Source: Haliotis rufescens
Taxonomy: Eukaryota
Length of the DNA: 64,000 nucleotides
Direction of reading: 5' to 3'
Assembly (NCBI RefSeq): GCF_023055435.1
Contig: NW_025963851.1
Location: 62,001-126,000, forward strand
Below the pieces are notes generated by a model. The model saw only the letters and a program-made list of their open reading frames with translations, did not search any database and had not been told where the DNA came from. Each line of letters opens with the position of its first letter. The stretch's first letter is position 1. The position numbers and the translations under genes were made by a program. Shown here in pieces: positions 37,411 through 49,307 of the stretch.

Positions 37411-38845
37411 TAAACTAACGTCCAAAAGAAACGACACTATCCATGTTTTTAAAATACTTTTGTTATAGGTGATTTATTTTATAGGAAAACATACTTAAAC
37501 ATATCCCTCGTATCAAACCCGATTTGGTCGGTGGGAAAAAGCAGGAAAATTTGACAACTGGTGTAAAACTTGTGCACTTTGCAAAAAACGATGTCAGGTG
37601 TTGTAGCACGTAATGCACGTGCAGATCTATTGTATAACACTGCTGACCCGACGCGTTAGGAACACAACACCAAAAAGCACACCAAAGAAATGGCACGTTT
37701 AACTGCAATAGAGAGGTAGAGAGCCGTCGGGATGGCCCAACAGGGAGCGACGCAAGCCGTCATTGCCAGAACGTTTGGATGCGCCCGTATAACCGTTACC
37801 AGGTTGATGCAACAGACCCGCCGAGAAGCGGAAGACCACGGGTGACCACGCCCAATCAAGACCGCTACATCCGGACGATTCACCTCCGAAACCGCTTCGT
37901 CACGTCGACACAGGAACAGTCGACAAACCGTGTACAGGAGCTACGAACCAATGGTATCAGAGCACATCTACCCTACCGAGGAGTGTTGTTGACACCTCAA
38001 CATCGCCTCAACAGACTGATGAGGGCCAGGATGTGGGCAACAGGATGACTGGGCACGTGCTATGTTCTCTGATGAGAGCAGATTCTGTCTCTTCAGGAAC
38101 AGAAGTGTTTAGCGCAGAATTGCATTCCTCAAGTGCGGGCATTTGGAGGCGGAGGTGTTATGGTCTGAGGGAATCTTTGGTGCCTTGAAAACGAGGCGCG
38201 TTGTTGTTCATGGTAACATAAATGCACACCGATATAGAGATAAATCTTGCGGCCTGTTGCGGAACCATTCATCCAGCAACAGCCCCGTGAAATCATTTTC
38301 CAGCACGTCAATGCGACGCCGGATGCGACGCAGAAGTTCCTTAACAACGTGAACATTCAGGTTTTACCACGGCCGTCATGCTCGCCGGACATGAACCCCA
38401 TTGAACATTTATGGAACTATCTCGATGGCTAAATCAGAAGTCGCCCAGTGGCTCCGGTCAACAGCCAGCAACCGGAGCACTGCCTCTTTGACGAATGGAA
38501 TGGCAACGTCATCCGACGTTTTGCGTCATCGGCCAAACGACGTGTTCTGTCTTGCATTAATGGTTGACATACTCGATATCAACGTGGCATTATGATGAGT
38601 ATTCTGACATTTATCACACTTGCCTCGTCATGTGCTATGACTGTGACTTTCATTGTTTTCCACACGCTTCCCTAAGGTAACTTTTGAATAAAATGAAGTT
38701 TTGTGCACATGATTTTAAATAAGACATTCTCCCTTTCGCCAATGCCCTGTTGCAAGTCCCTATTGTGTATGACGTAATTGTAAATATTTGATGTTATGTT
38801 AACACTAACTGCATCGAGTGTTTTATTGTTGAGGACAGCGGTTGT
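37411..38845 (+). mobile_element. Tc1 element 3, degenerate
   Basis: TIR-like TAAACTAACGTCCAAAAGAAACGACACT; MARLTAIER at 37690, RSGRPRVTTPNQDRYI, FSDESRF, SPDMNPIEHLW; right end approximate. Confidence 0.88.
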
Positions 38846-39017
38846 CATTGGTCATAGAAAATATTACCCTTGTGTGTTTTGTCTATATCATATAGTAGGA
38901 AAATAACTTGTATTATGGAACCTTTGGTTGTAACATACCTACATGTATTGCATCACTTCGGGATTTCCTCCCACATTAAGCAGATACGCCCAGGCGTAAT
39001 TGGAACAATATACACTC

Positions 39018-39059
39018 TAGCTTGATAACAGTGTGAGAATCTACATAGAAACGTCGCTA
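39018..39059 (+). ncRNA. Candidate minimal hammerhead ribozyme relic retaining GAAACGTC
   Basis: TAGC-TTGATAA-C-AGTGT...ACATA-GAAACGTC-GCTA; degenerate counterpart near 7412-7455. Confidence 0.45.
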
Positions 39060-39437
39060 AATGCAATTCGCCAAAGCATAATGTATATAAAGTTGTATGT
39101 TTTTTCTTTACTCCCTAACTTCAAGAATGTCAACTGAATGACTGTTCAAAGGGGCGTTAAATCCAACTCACTCACTCATTTATAGAGGACGGACAGTTCA
39201 GAGAAACCCGCGTTACTTTTCACAAACTCAGGTCACTTGTTCAGTGTTTAAAATAGAGATGTATTTTACATGCATCATGATTGGTCACTACTGTCAATAT
39301 TAACTATATTGTCATTGCTATCAGATATTCAGTATTTCCAAATCTGCACATCACACAATAAAACATGTATTAACCATTAATTACCAGTCCCTAAAATACG
39401 TAAATGATCTTAAACAGTATATATTCCTTTGTTTCAG

Positions 39438-39747
39438 ATGGCAGCCGCCAGAAAGCTGGATAGTCTGAACGAGAACTTCTTGACCTGTTCCATATGTACG
39501 GAGGGATACAAAGACCCCTGTACTCTGACCTGTGGCCACACCCTCTGTAAGGACTGCCTGGGGAAATTCCTGAAAACCAGACAAGACGCCATCAGAGCCA
39601 AGTCCATCCCGTGTCCCTACTGTCGTCAGATGACCGGAGTTCCCCAGCCTGACAGACCAGTGGAGGAGTGGGTGAAACAGATCAAGCCAAGTTTCCTCAT
39701 ACAGGGACTTCTGGACACTCTGGCCTGTGGGGGAAATACTGATCATG
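39438..39747 (+). CDS. TRIM-B coding exon 1: RING domain
   Basis: Paralog of 7976-8285; 11 of 103 aa differ; splice sites intact. Confidence 0.9.
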
Positions 39748-40534
39748 GTAAGTAAATGTGATCTAGAAGAAACGGATATTCTCCCTGAAGCGGGAGATCC
39801 CTGGCCGCATCTTACCCAACGACGTAAAAGAGGGTATTGATTATTGCTCTGCCAGGTGCTCGAGATTAAAGGTATACAAGTGGGACTGGTGGGCTCGTAG
39901 TCAGTAAACTGTGCGTGCGTGGGGTATCCATGTTAAACTCCACCATCTCAGTGAGCTGGTTCTATTAAACCAGCTTTGATATGGACTAGTAAAAGAAACG
40001 ACACACACAAGCCCACAACCACTACATAAGTGCAATAATCTTGAGAGCGATGATAAACCTTTGTTTTGAATTATAACCTCGCTGATTCAGTTTCCACTGA
40101 ATCCAAGAACCCAAAATAGAGTATCTTAAAGGAGAGAGACTGTGACGCTATCATCCAGCAGGTTCGCTTTCCTGAATGACCGAGGTAATACCAAACCAGG
40201 TTCAGTCTATGTACGTTCATGCAACATCCAAATGGTGATGGTAAACTGTTTATTGTAGATGAAAGTAATCAAGACGAAACTGAAGGGTCACCTATATTTT
40301 TCAGGATTATCTAGAATAAACCTTGGTCATTTCACTTTCGAAATCTATACATGTAGATTATCCCAAGGTGAGGAAACTTTCCGGACACTGAAAACGTTGA
40401 ACCAAACAATGGTCAGAATTAACATTTATTCTTGATTCACCCTATGTATATTTATATGTTCCATTAAACGTTATCTCATTATTGTGTTAAATATTGCACG
40501 TTTGATGTGACAGGTTTATCCATGACTTGTTCAG

Positions 40535-41538
40535 ATACAGAAAACCGTTGCCATCCCTGCCAGAACCTGGGAGAAAGTTATCCGGCCAACTCCTACTGTC
40601 AAGACTGTGATGTGCCGCTCTGTGAGAGATGTGTGAAGATGCATGCGTCTCTTCCTTCTATGTCAAACCACGTGATTGCTGACCTTGGTGAAACAGTGAA
40701 GGTCACTAGACGACAGAGGTGCACAGAACACAACGAAGTCATGGATTTCTGCTGCAGAGACTGTAATAAGGCAATTTGCCCAAAGTGTTGTATCATATAC
40801 CACAGGAGATGCGACTCTGTGGTCACTATTCAGTCCATGATGTCTGAGATGAGAAGTGTTCTTACACACAATAAGGGATTGATCAAAGAGAGCTTTGACG
40901 ACACGGAAAGATCACTTCAACAACAAAAATCACAGATTGATGTGATCAGTGACAACAAAGACAAAATAAAGTCACAGATCAGACAGGCCTCACAGAAAGC
41001 CATGGACGTGATTAAACAGAAGGAGAAACAGCTGCTGGAGGAGCTGAATGAGATGACAGAGAAGCAATCTGGGCCACTGAGGGGGCGGATAAAGTCGGGG
41101 GAAATAGACATGCAGATGTATCAACAATACATAGAATACATCACCCAGGTGTTGAAGTCTGGGAGTGAGACTGACATGTTTGACATTTACCAGATGTGTC
41201 AGTCTGGGGCAATCAAGGAGGCAACAGACAGGGATGTCACTTTCACAGGCAGCTTTCGTGATTCAAAACTTATATTTGTGAGTGAAATAGATGAGAGGAA
41301 ATTACACAAGGATGTACAACGTGGTAGAATTCAACAGAACGTTTGTGACGTCATGGATACGCGACTTGAGTGGCACAGAGTGGCACATTTGACGTCATGT
41401 GCAGACAAGTGTTACACAAGACAGTCGCCATCAAGGTCGATGGCGACAGGGAGCAGCCATGTACATGTGACGTCACATTCCTGGTTGTGGATGGTGAGGA
41501 GACACTGGTGGTCACTGACTACAACAATACATGTCTGA
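40535..41538 (+). CDS. TRIM-B exon 2: B-boxes and coiled coil, then a frameshifted 56-aa tail (spliced product about 437 aa)
   Basis: In frame with TRIM-A up to DTRL (41367); -1 shift; TGA at 41538. Confidence 0.75.
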
Positions 41539-42224
41539 AATCCTTCTACACAAAGAATAACACATCACGACACAGTAAACTGGATCTTCCAAGTAAACCA
41601 TGCTCTGTGACGAGGCTGAGGGACAACCAGGTGGCTGTATCATTCTGGTCACACAATGAGATTGTAATAGTACGGGTGACCCCTGACCTGGTGCTACAGT
41701 CACATGTCACAACAAAGAAGGAGTACAAGTGTCTAACAGCTGTGCGTCCTTCAACATTAGCAGCAGGTTGTTGGAATCCTCCCTCTGTTGATATCCTGGA
41801 TGTATCGGGGAGAGTGATGAGGTCAGTCAGTACATTCAACACTGGGAAGAACCTGATGCGTTACCCCAGCTTCCTCTGTGCTACAGACAGGGGCAACATC
41901 CTGGTGTCAGATGATGGCTCACACTCTGTCTACTGTATCACACCAGAGGGAGATGTTGTGTTCACCTACACCCCTACAGGAGAGAGGAGACTGAGTGGAC
42001 CACGAGGTATCACAACTACCAGCACAGGACACATCCTGGTGGCGGACTGCTGGGCACACGAGGTGGTACTACTGACACCAGCAGGGGAGTTTGTCAGAGA
42101 CCTGCTGACGTCACATGATGGACTACAGGATCCATACGGCTTGATGTTCTGTGACTGTAAACTGTATGTGGTGGAAACTAGTGGAGATGCTGTGAAGGTA
42201 TTCAACTGCAGTATTCCCCAGTGA
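41378..42224 (+). pseudogene. TRIM-B NHL beta-propeller, out of frame with the N-terminus but fully open
   Basis: 284-aa ORF colinear with the TRIM-A C-terminus to the same stop; in-frame ATG at 41397. Confidence 0.85.
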
Positions 42225-44487
42225 GACGCCAGGAAGCAAAACATACTCGGATCACAAACACGGGGAAATTGTTATGATGAAAATTCAGAAATATGCCCCA
42301 AATGAACAGTTTGTTTTGTGTAAAATACCTCAAACGCCAACCACATTTGGACATAGATTGCAGTAATTAGTGAATATGATAATACACCGCTTTTAGCAGT
42401 ATTCGAGCAATACCCTTACAACAACGGGGTCGCGTTGACCAACTGAACTTGGGACATCGGCAGGACGAGCGAACGTTTGTTTCCGCATACGCATGACAAG
42501 CACATAATGAATTATTAGATTAGTTGTGGCTTTTTTAGATTAAATATGGGGACAAGACAAGAATTATGCAGGTCGTAGACATTTACAACTTTGGAGAAAC
42601 CCAAAAGCACGGAAACAGTGCTGACAAACCTAGAAAATTAATCAGGGCGAATCTGGGATTCAAACCCACGACTATAGGTTCCTGTCACGTCCAAGGGACG
42701 CAACTACGTACCTCAAATCTCAGCGCCACAGGGTACCACATACGTTCTGTGAGGCAAAGGAATTTAACCCTGATTTTTGTACCTACTCAAATAGCTACAC
42801 GTTCACTTACATTATCCAGGAAGACTGTTTACTGGCGTTACTATCAATAACTCTCGCTGATAATACTTTTACTTTATATGTTTTAAACATGTTTCAAGAA
42901 GTCTCTCGTAAACTTTACCAGACTGGATATTGTACAGTTTTATTGTTTCAATAAAATGTTATAGTTTTATTATGTACAATATGTGACACTATAATAAAAT
43001 ATATCTTATCTTATCTTATCTTACATCTACTAATGAATACATACGTCAGGTATTTGTCAGAGCTGATCGGAGAACCACTATCATAAATGTAAAAGTCATA
43101 TTTCATGTATATTAAATAAACTTGTCAGTGACATACGCATTTTAATATCCCATTGGTGAGATTGTTTGTTGTTTTACGCCGCACTCAGAAACATCCCAGC
43201 TATAAAACAGCGGTCTGTAAATACTCGAGTCTGGAGTCAGCGAGCCTGCCGACCCGATTCTGTAGGTCGCCTCTTTCGAAAGGCACACTGAAATCTTCAC
43301 GGGGTTGATAAGCCCTTGATGAAGTCAAGTTTCACTTTTAACTTTGTACAATATTTCTTCCATTGTTGTGCGTTTTGTCGCATATCTTCTCTTCCATGAG
43401 CGAGCTTCATAATTTAAATTCCATCTGAGTAAGTAAAGACAAATGAATTATCTCCCTTTGACCACGACGTAGTTGGTGTCAAATGCTCTATGAAGCAACA
43501 CATTTCATATATGTTTCCAGGATATAAAAAAAGAAAGGATCTTGATTATATATATGTAAGTTATCATCTTTCAACGAAACGGGTTGGAACTGTCCACAAG
43601 TACCATTCACGCCATCGTTTGACAACAAAAGAAAGGCATTCTAAATGCGGAATTGTGTTATACATTAGTTAGCGGGCTACCTGATGTCGATCTTACAAAC
43701 CCAATGCTTCAATTCTTAATGACATTCACTCGTGACAGTTTTGACAAAACAAAAGGCAACTATGCTTGTCGTGGGAGGCGACGAACGGGATCTGGTGGTC
43801 AGGCTCACTGACTTGGTTGATGCAATTCATCGTATCCCAATTGCGTGGATCGATGCTCATAATGTTCATCACTGGATAGTCTGTTCCAGACCCGAATATT
43901 TACAGACTGCCGTTATGTAGCTGGAATATTGCTGAGTTGGGCGTTAAACAACAAACAAAACTCTAGTTTGTGGTGAGGGAGGGAGTCAGTCATGCTTGGT
44001 TATAATGGTGACTGAGTGTTACAACGTGTGACACTGATTGTGTGTCATTGCTGCCCTCATCGAAAGTCGAGTGCAAGGATTGCTGTTAATAGAGCCCACG
44101 ACACATATGGACCTGTGTCATTGCTGTCAGCCTGTGGGCTGCATGTCCCATACTCGACTGTTTGTATACAGGCTGATATCACTGAAATGTTGCTGACTGG
44201 GGGACGTCCATGTATCTCCATGTTCCCGCAGAGCTTCTCTGATGATCCCCGTTTGATGACCATACTTAATATATACACGTACAAGTACGGACAATGATAT
44301 GGTGTTAAGTATTGTTGTTTGTGGTCACTCAGACATATCAGAATGTCTACACCAGTCATTAAGGTATGTTAATTTCTTAGTGCTTATTTATATGGACATA
44401 CAAATATTTTCGTACAGGGAGCACGGTTAGCTGTGCAGAGTTGCGTCCCTTAGGGAAGCCAGAAACCAATGATTATGGTTGCGAATC

Positions 44488-44945
44488 CCGGTTGGCGGGG
44501 GATATAGAAATGGGATCCGTCCGTCCGTCCATCCGTCCGTCGCGTTTCCTTTACGGAGCATAATTCAGAAACCGTTCAGCCGTCATATAGCTGGAATATT
44601 GCCGAGTGCGGGGTTAAACAACAAACCAACCATAAACCTTTCAATATTTTTTCATCAAACTTTGCAGGCCGTCAAGTACATGCTGAACTGGTACCTTTTG
44701 CTATTTAGAAAATAAAGAAATGTTTATTTTTTACGTTTCCTTGGCAACAAGATGGACTTAGGTTCTGTGAGGGTAGGTTTCGTTTCCGGAGCATAACTCA
44801 TAAACCGTTCAATATTTGTTCGAGAAACTTTGCAGGTTTGTCAGGTACATGCTGAACAGGTGCCTTTTGCTATTTAGAAATTTTAGAAATGTTTCCATGG
44901 CAGCAAGATGGACTTGCTCGGTTAAAAAAGGTTAGGGTTTGCTAA
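44488..44945 (+). mobile_element. Non-autonomous Helitron/Helentron-associated (pearl/DINE-like) element, unit 2 only
   Basis: GTTGGCGGGGGATATAG head, (CCGT)n microsatellite, two roughly 155-bp core repeats; a family X tail inserted at about 44579-44632. Confidence 0.6.
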
Positions 44946-45023
44946 TTTTAAAAACCACACTTCATAATTTTATGTAAATAAAAATCTCAGCCTACAACTG
45001 CATTTAAAAAGTGCACATTATTC

Positions 45024-45817
45024 ATCCAATAGACTACTAGATACATTACTGCCCTGCTCACAACGCATCAAACAGACGGCTAAATACATTACTGCCCTGC
45101 TCACAACACATCCAATAGCCGCTAGATACATTACTGCCCTGCTCACAACACATCCACTAGCCTACTAGATACATTACTGGCCTACTCACAACACATGCAA
45201 TAGCCGCTAGATACATTACTGCCCTGCTGACAACACATCCAATAGCCGCTAGATACATTACTGCCCTGCTCACAACACATCCAATAGCCGCTAGATACAT
45301 TACTGCCCTGCTAACAACTGCTCACAACACATCCATTAGCCGCTAGATACATTACTGCCCTGCTCCCAACACATCCAATAGCCGCTAGATACATTACTGC
45401 CCTGCTCACAACACATCCAATAGCCGCTAGATACATTACTGCCCTAATCACAACACATCCAATAGCCTATTAGATACATTACTGCCCTGCTCACAACACA
45501 TCCAATAGCCGCTAGATACATTACTGCCCTGCTAACAACTGCTCACAACACATCCATTAGCCGCTAGGTACATTACTGCCCTGCTCCCAACACATCCAAT
45601 AGCCGCTAGATACATTACTGCCCTGCTCACAACACATCCAACAGCCGCTAGATACATTACTGCCCTAATCACAACACATCCAATAGCCTATTAGATACAT
45701 TACTGCCCTGCTCACAACACATCCAATAGCATACTAGATACATAACTGCCCTGCTCACAACTGCTCACAACACATCCAATAGCCGCTAGATACATTACCG
45801 CCCTACTCACAACACAT
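45024..45817. repeat. Minisatellite, mainly 42-bp unit (counterpart of 13006-14570)
   Basis: CCAATAGCCGCTAGATACATTACTGCCCTGCTCACAACACAT. Confidence 0.96.
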
Positions 45818-46048
45818 GGATGCCTGACATATCATGGGTATGCAATTGCAGATATCAAGTGTCATCAAGAAATGTATTACAAAAATGTAAGAAGTTATAA
45901 TTTTGATGAAGAACAAAGCATGACAATTGTTTTCAAATAATAACGCATTGACTTGAAGCTGTTCCTCATTAAATAATAAAGGAATGAATCTTCGTGACAT
46001 TAAAAAATGCGAAGAGTGTGTTGTGCCTCGTCGCTGCATGTGTGTTAA

Positions 46049-46098
46049 GTGTTAGCTTGATAACGGTGTGAGCATCGACATCGAAACGACGCTAATGC
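46049..46098 (+). ncRNA. Candidate minimal hammerhead relic (copy of 14815)
   Basis: Helix I GTGTTAGC/GCTAATGC pairs fully with two G-U pairs. Confidence 0.5.
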
Positions 46099-46712
46099 AA
46101 TACACCAGGAGTAGATATCCAAAAGGTTGATCCACGTTGAGGTGATACCACCGGCTAATGAGGAGTCCGACGCAAATGTGATAACACAGCGCCAACATCA
46201 CTGGCAAAACCGTGCCAATATTGAAGGGGGGTCATGTTGAAGAATAAATAATTTTATTATTTTGTAATTTCTTTAACCTTTCTTAACAAACACATACAAG
46301 GGCTTCGAACTATCTAAATAAAAACTTAATTTCTTTTGTCACGGTGCTTCACCTCACTTTTACGTCCACGTATCATGAAGTGTGTTACAACACTCAGAAA
46401 AGTCTCCACAGAGTCATGCATCTCAAAGTCTGCCCGCGTCTTTAGCCACACTACCTGATACATGCCAATATCAACCACTTGTAAACATCCGTGCCTACGT
46501 TCAGTGAATATACCAGTTCTTCATGGTTACCCCAGAACAACACTTGAATCTTGCACTTTGTGACACATTCCTGACCAAACATATTCCAATATAAGAATGC
46601 AGAACCCTGGTGTGTGGAGGTCTGCACATGACGTACAGTTCCCGTTACCAAACATCTTCGTTTATAAGAATTATAAAAGTTCGTATTATGATCTAGCAAA
46701 TACATAAAGTCT

Positions 46713-46788
46713 TCAGTCGTCGTCTTCAACACTCCAAGAACCGAACCACGTCAGCTACGACAGCATCAGCAAGACCACCACGGCTGTT
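46713..46788 (-). pseudogene. HHIPL-B last-exon remnant (acceptor deleted, premature TAG)
   Basis: Homologous to 15481-15556, fused to intron sequence at CTGTT. Confidence 0.75.
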
Positions 46789-47057
46789 ACCTGTAGCAAT
46801 CAATGACAGTCATCCGATGGCCTATGTTCATGAAGTGGTCGGAGTGTTACGACTACGCTCATCTTTATTTAATATACGAGATATCTGATATTGCCTGCCC
46901 TTGCTGAACGACGTCAGATACGTCATCATCCAAGTACTATACGTTATTATGGAGAACAGATCCCCATTTATATATAAAGTCCGAGTGACCTCCTTCAAGT
47001 TTCCCGTGGTGCCTCTATGTAAAATTAGCTTCGGGCCACACACCTGCATGTACTCAC

Positions 47058-47190
47058 CCTGTCATGGCGTCTCCGTACAGATAGCGCCCGTACAGATCAG
47101 GAAGCGTCTTGCCTCTGTACACATATCCCCCGACGACGGCGTGATGGAGGCTCGTGTGATTGAACACGTAGATCGGCAGCGCTTCGTTCT
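47058..47190 (-). CDS. HHIP-like copy B exon (GGYVYRG exon), frame and splice sites intact
   Basis: ENEALPIYVFNHTSLHHAVVGGYVYRGKTLPDLYGRYLYGDAMTG. Confidence 0.8.
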
Positions 47191-47325
47191 CTGTAACCAC
47201 AAGTTTACAGAATGTTGTTTAACATATGAAAAAGACGTATCAACAAAGACAGGCAGCGGTAAATCACTTTCATACGAAGGTGCACCAGTCGTGGAGGTTG
47301 ATTTTGTAAAACGAAGGCTACCTAC

Positions 47326-47469
47326 CTATTGTTCCATTGCTGCACCTGGAGCTGTCGAAGCACTCGTTCCCCTCCTTGATGTTCCAGCCGTAGTTCCTCC
47401 CGCTGCGGGTGACGTCGATCTCTTCATAAGCTCGCGCCCCTGGGTCGCCACAGAATATTCGCCGCTCAT
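47326..47469 (-). CDS. HHIP-like copy B exon (RIFCGD exon), frame and splice sites intact
   Basis: ERRIFCGDPGARAYEEIDVTRSGRNYGWNIKEGNECFDSSRCSNGTI. Confidence 0.8.
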   Translation of the reverse strand: MSGEYSVATQGRELMKRSTSPAAGGTTAGTSRRGTSASTAPGAAMEQ

Positions 47470-48665
47470 CTGCGAGATGGGAAAATGACGTGACATGTTG
47501 ATTCAGGAAGTGACTCCCGACATCACCAAGGGCGGATCCAGCATTTGTATTTGTTTGTTTGTTTGTTTGTTGTTTAACGCCGCACTCAGCAATATTCCAC
47601 CTTTATGATCGCCGACTGTAAATAATCGAGTCTGGATCAGACAATCCAGTGATTGACATCATACGCATCGATCAACGCAATTCGAATACGATGACATGTA
47701 TCAACCAAATCAGAGAGCCTGGCCTCCGATCCCGTTAGCCGCCTCTGGACCAGACAACGAGAGAGGATGTCTACAACATACATACTAGAGCACAGGTGTG
47801 CGTCCCTGTACCTCGCTGACACCCCAGGGCAAACTAGGGCACAGCTGGTGTGCGTCCTTTTACATCACTGACTCCCCGGACGTTTTGGAAACGGGTGACC
47901 TTTGCAATGACCTGCTACACGCTTCCACAACGTGATGTCAACAATATCCATGCTAGAATATCCTGATGTGTTATCACACTCCTACTGCAGTCTAACTGAT
48001 GTTAAATAAGAAGGAATTCTCGCTTAAGGAAAACAGACCAGACTGGCAGCTCTGATCACGACGGCTTTGTGACATGACTATCGCACTGGCAGCCATTCTT
48101 CAATGACCCGACAGCAATAAACAACTTCCTGGTCCTCGCCACCTGCGGTTCTCACATCGGAGACTTCACACCGTGTGATGGAGAGTCGTGGAGAACACTT
48201 GTGATCGTGGAAACAGAGACACAAGACATGGCTCTGGTGTGTTGGAACTGGACCGGACACTATGGGCGTCTACTCAATCACAGAATCAGTAAATAACCTG
48301 TTTGTTTGCTTGTTTGTAGTTTAACGCCGAGCTCAGCAATATTCCCGCTATATGACGGCGGTCTGTAAATAATCGAGTCCAAACCTAACCGTTCAGTGAT
48401 TGATATCATAAGCATCTATCTACGCAATTGGAATACGATGACATACATCAACCAATTCAGCGAGCCTGACCACCCAATCCCGTTGGTCGCCTCTTACGAA
48501 GACCTATTCTAAAGCTGATCTTCACGTGTCGGTAGACAAGAGAGGTAATCATGTTACTTTGTTGCATGGAGACGTGCGTATGTGGAGCAGATGAAAGTTA
48601 TAATCGTGGAGGATATACACAGATATAGACAGTCTGTTATAATATGTATGGTATATTCACATCTC

Positions 48666-48858
48666 GTTTACCACCTCGGTGAAACTCACGAGCACGGGTA
48701 TGGTGCTGACAAACCTGGCGGACCGTGATTCGAACCCACAGTCATAGGTTTCTTTCGGGCCCAAGGGACACAACTCTGCACAGCGAATCGTCTGTGAAGT
48801 TGCCATGGTGATAGTAATGAATAATTAAAAGGACATGTCTATTCAACAATGAATACAG
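48666..48858 (-). other. Short inversion enclosing a 3.1-kb deletion junction
   Basis: Reverse complement of unit 1 22448-22516 joined to 25602-25727. Confidence 0.85.
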
Positions 48859-48966
48859 CTATAACCTGCATCACGTGGGGCTTTCCTCCCACATTAAGCT
48901 GACACGCCGTGATATAACTGAAAAACTTGCTCACTCACTCACTAACTCACCCAACTCACTCACTCA

Positions 48967-49307
48967 CTGTATTACCTTTCATTCTCTGTATTACCTCTAA
49001 TGCCCTGTATTTCCTATCATGCCCTGTATTACCTCTAATGCCCTGTATTCCCTATCATGCCCTGTATTACCTTTAATGCCCTGTATTTCCTATCATGCCC
49101 TGTATTACCTCTAATGCCCTGTGCTACCTATCATACCCTGTATTACCTCTAATGCCCTGTATTTCCTATCATGCCCTGTATTACCTCTAATGCCCTGTAT
49201 TTCCTATCATGCCCTGTATTACATCTAATGCCCTGTATTACCTCTGATGCCCTGTACTACATCTAATGCCCTGTACTACCTCTAATGCCATGTATTACCT
49301 CTAATGC
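48967..49307. repeat. Minisatellite, 19-bp unit
   Basis: Counterpart of 25845-26185. Confidence 0.95.

Noticed and set aside
41340-41400. Programmed -1 ribosomal frameshift restoring TRIM-B
   Set aside because: No X XXY YYZ slippery heptamer or clear stimulatory structure seen at the lesion
46828-47049. Minus-strand ORF resembling a continuation of HHIPL
   Set aside because: Built from fused intron pieces; the true next exons are at 16254-16576 in unit 1
46901-47488. 195-aa plus-strand ORF
   Set aside because: Antisense shadow of two HHIPL exons joined by deletions; non-ATG start; not open in unit 1
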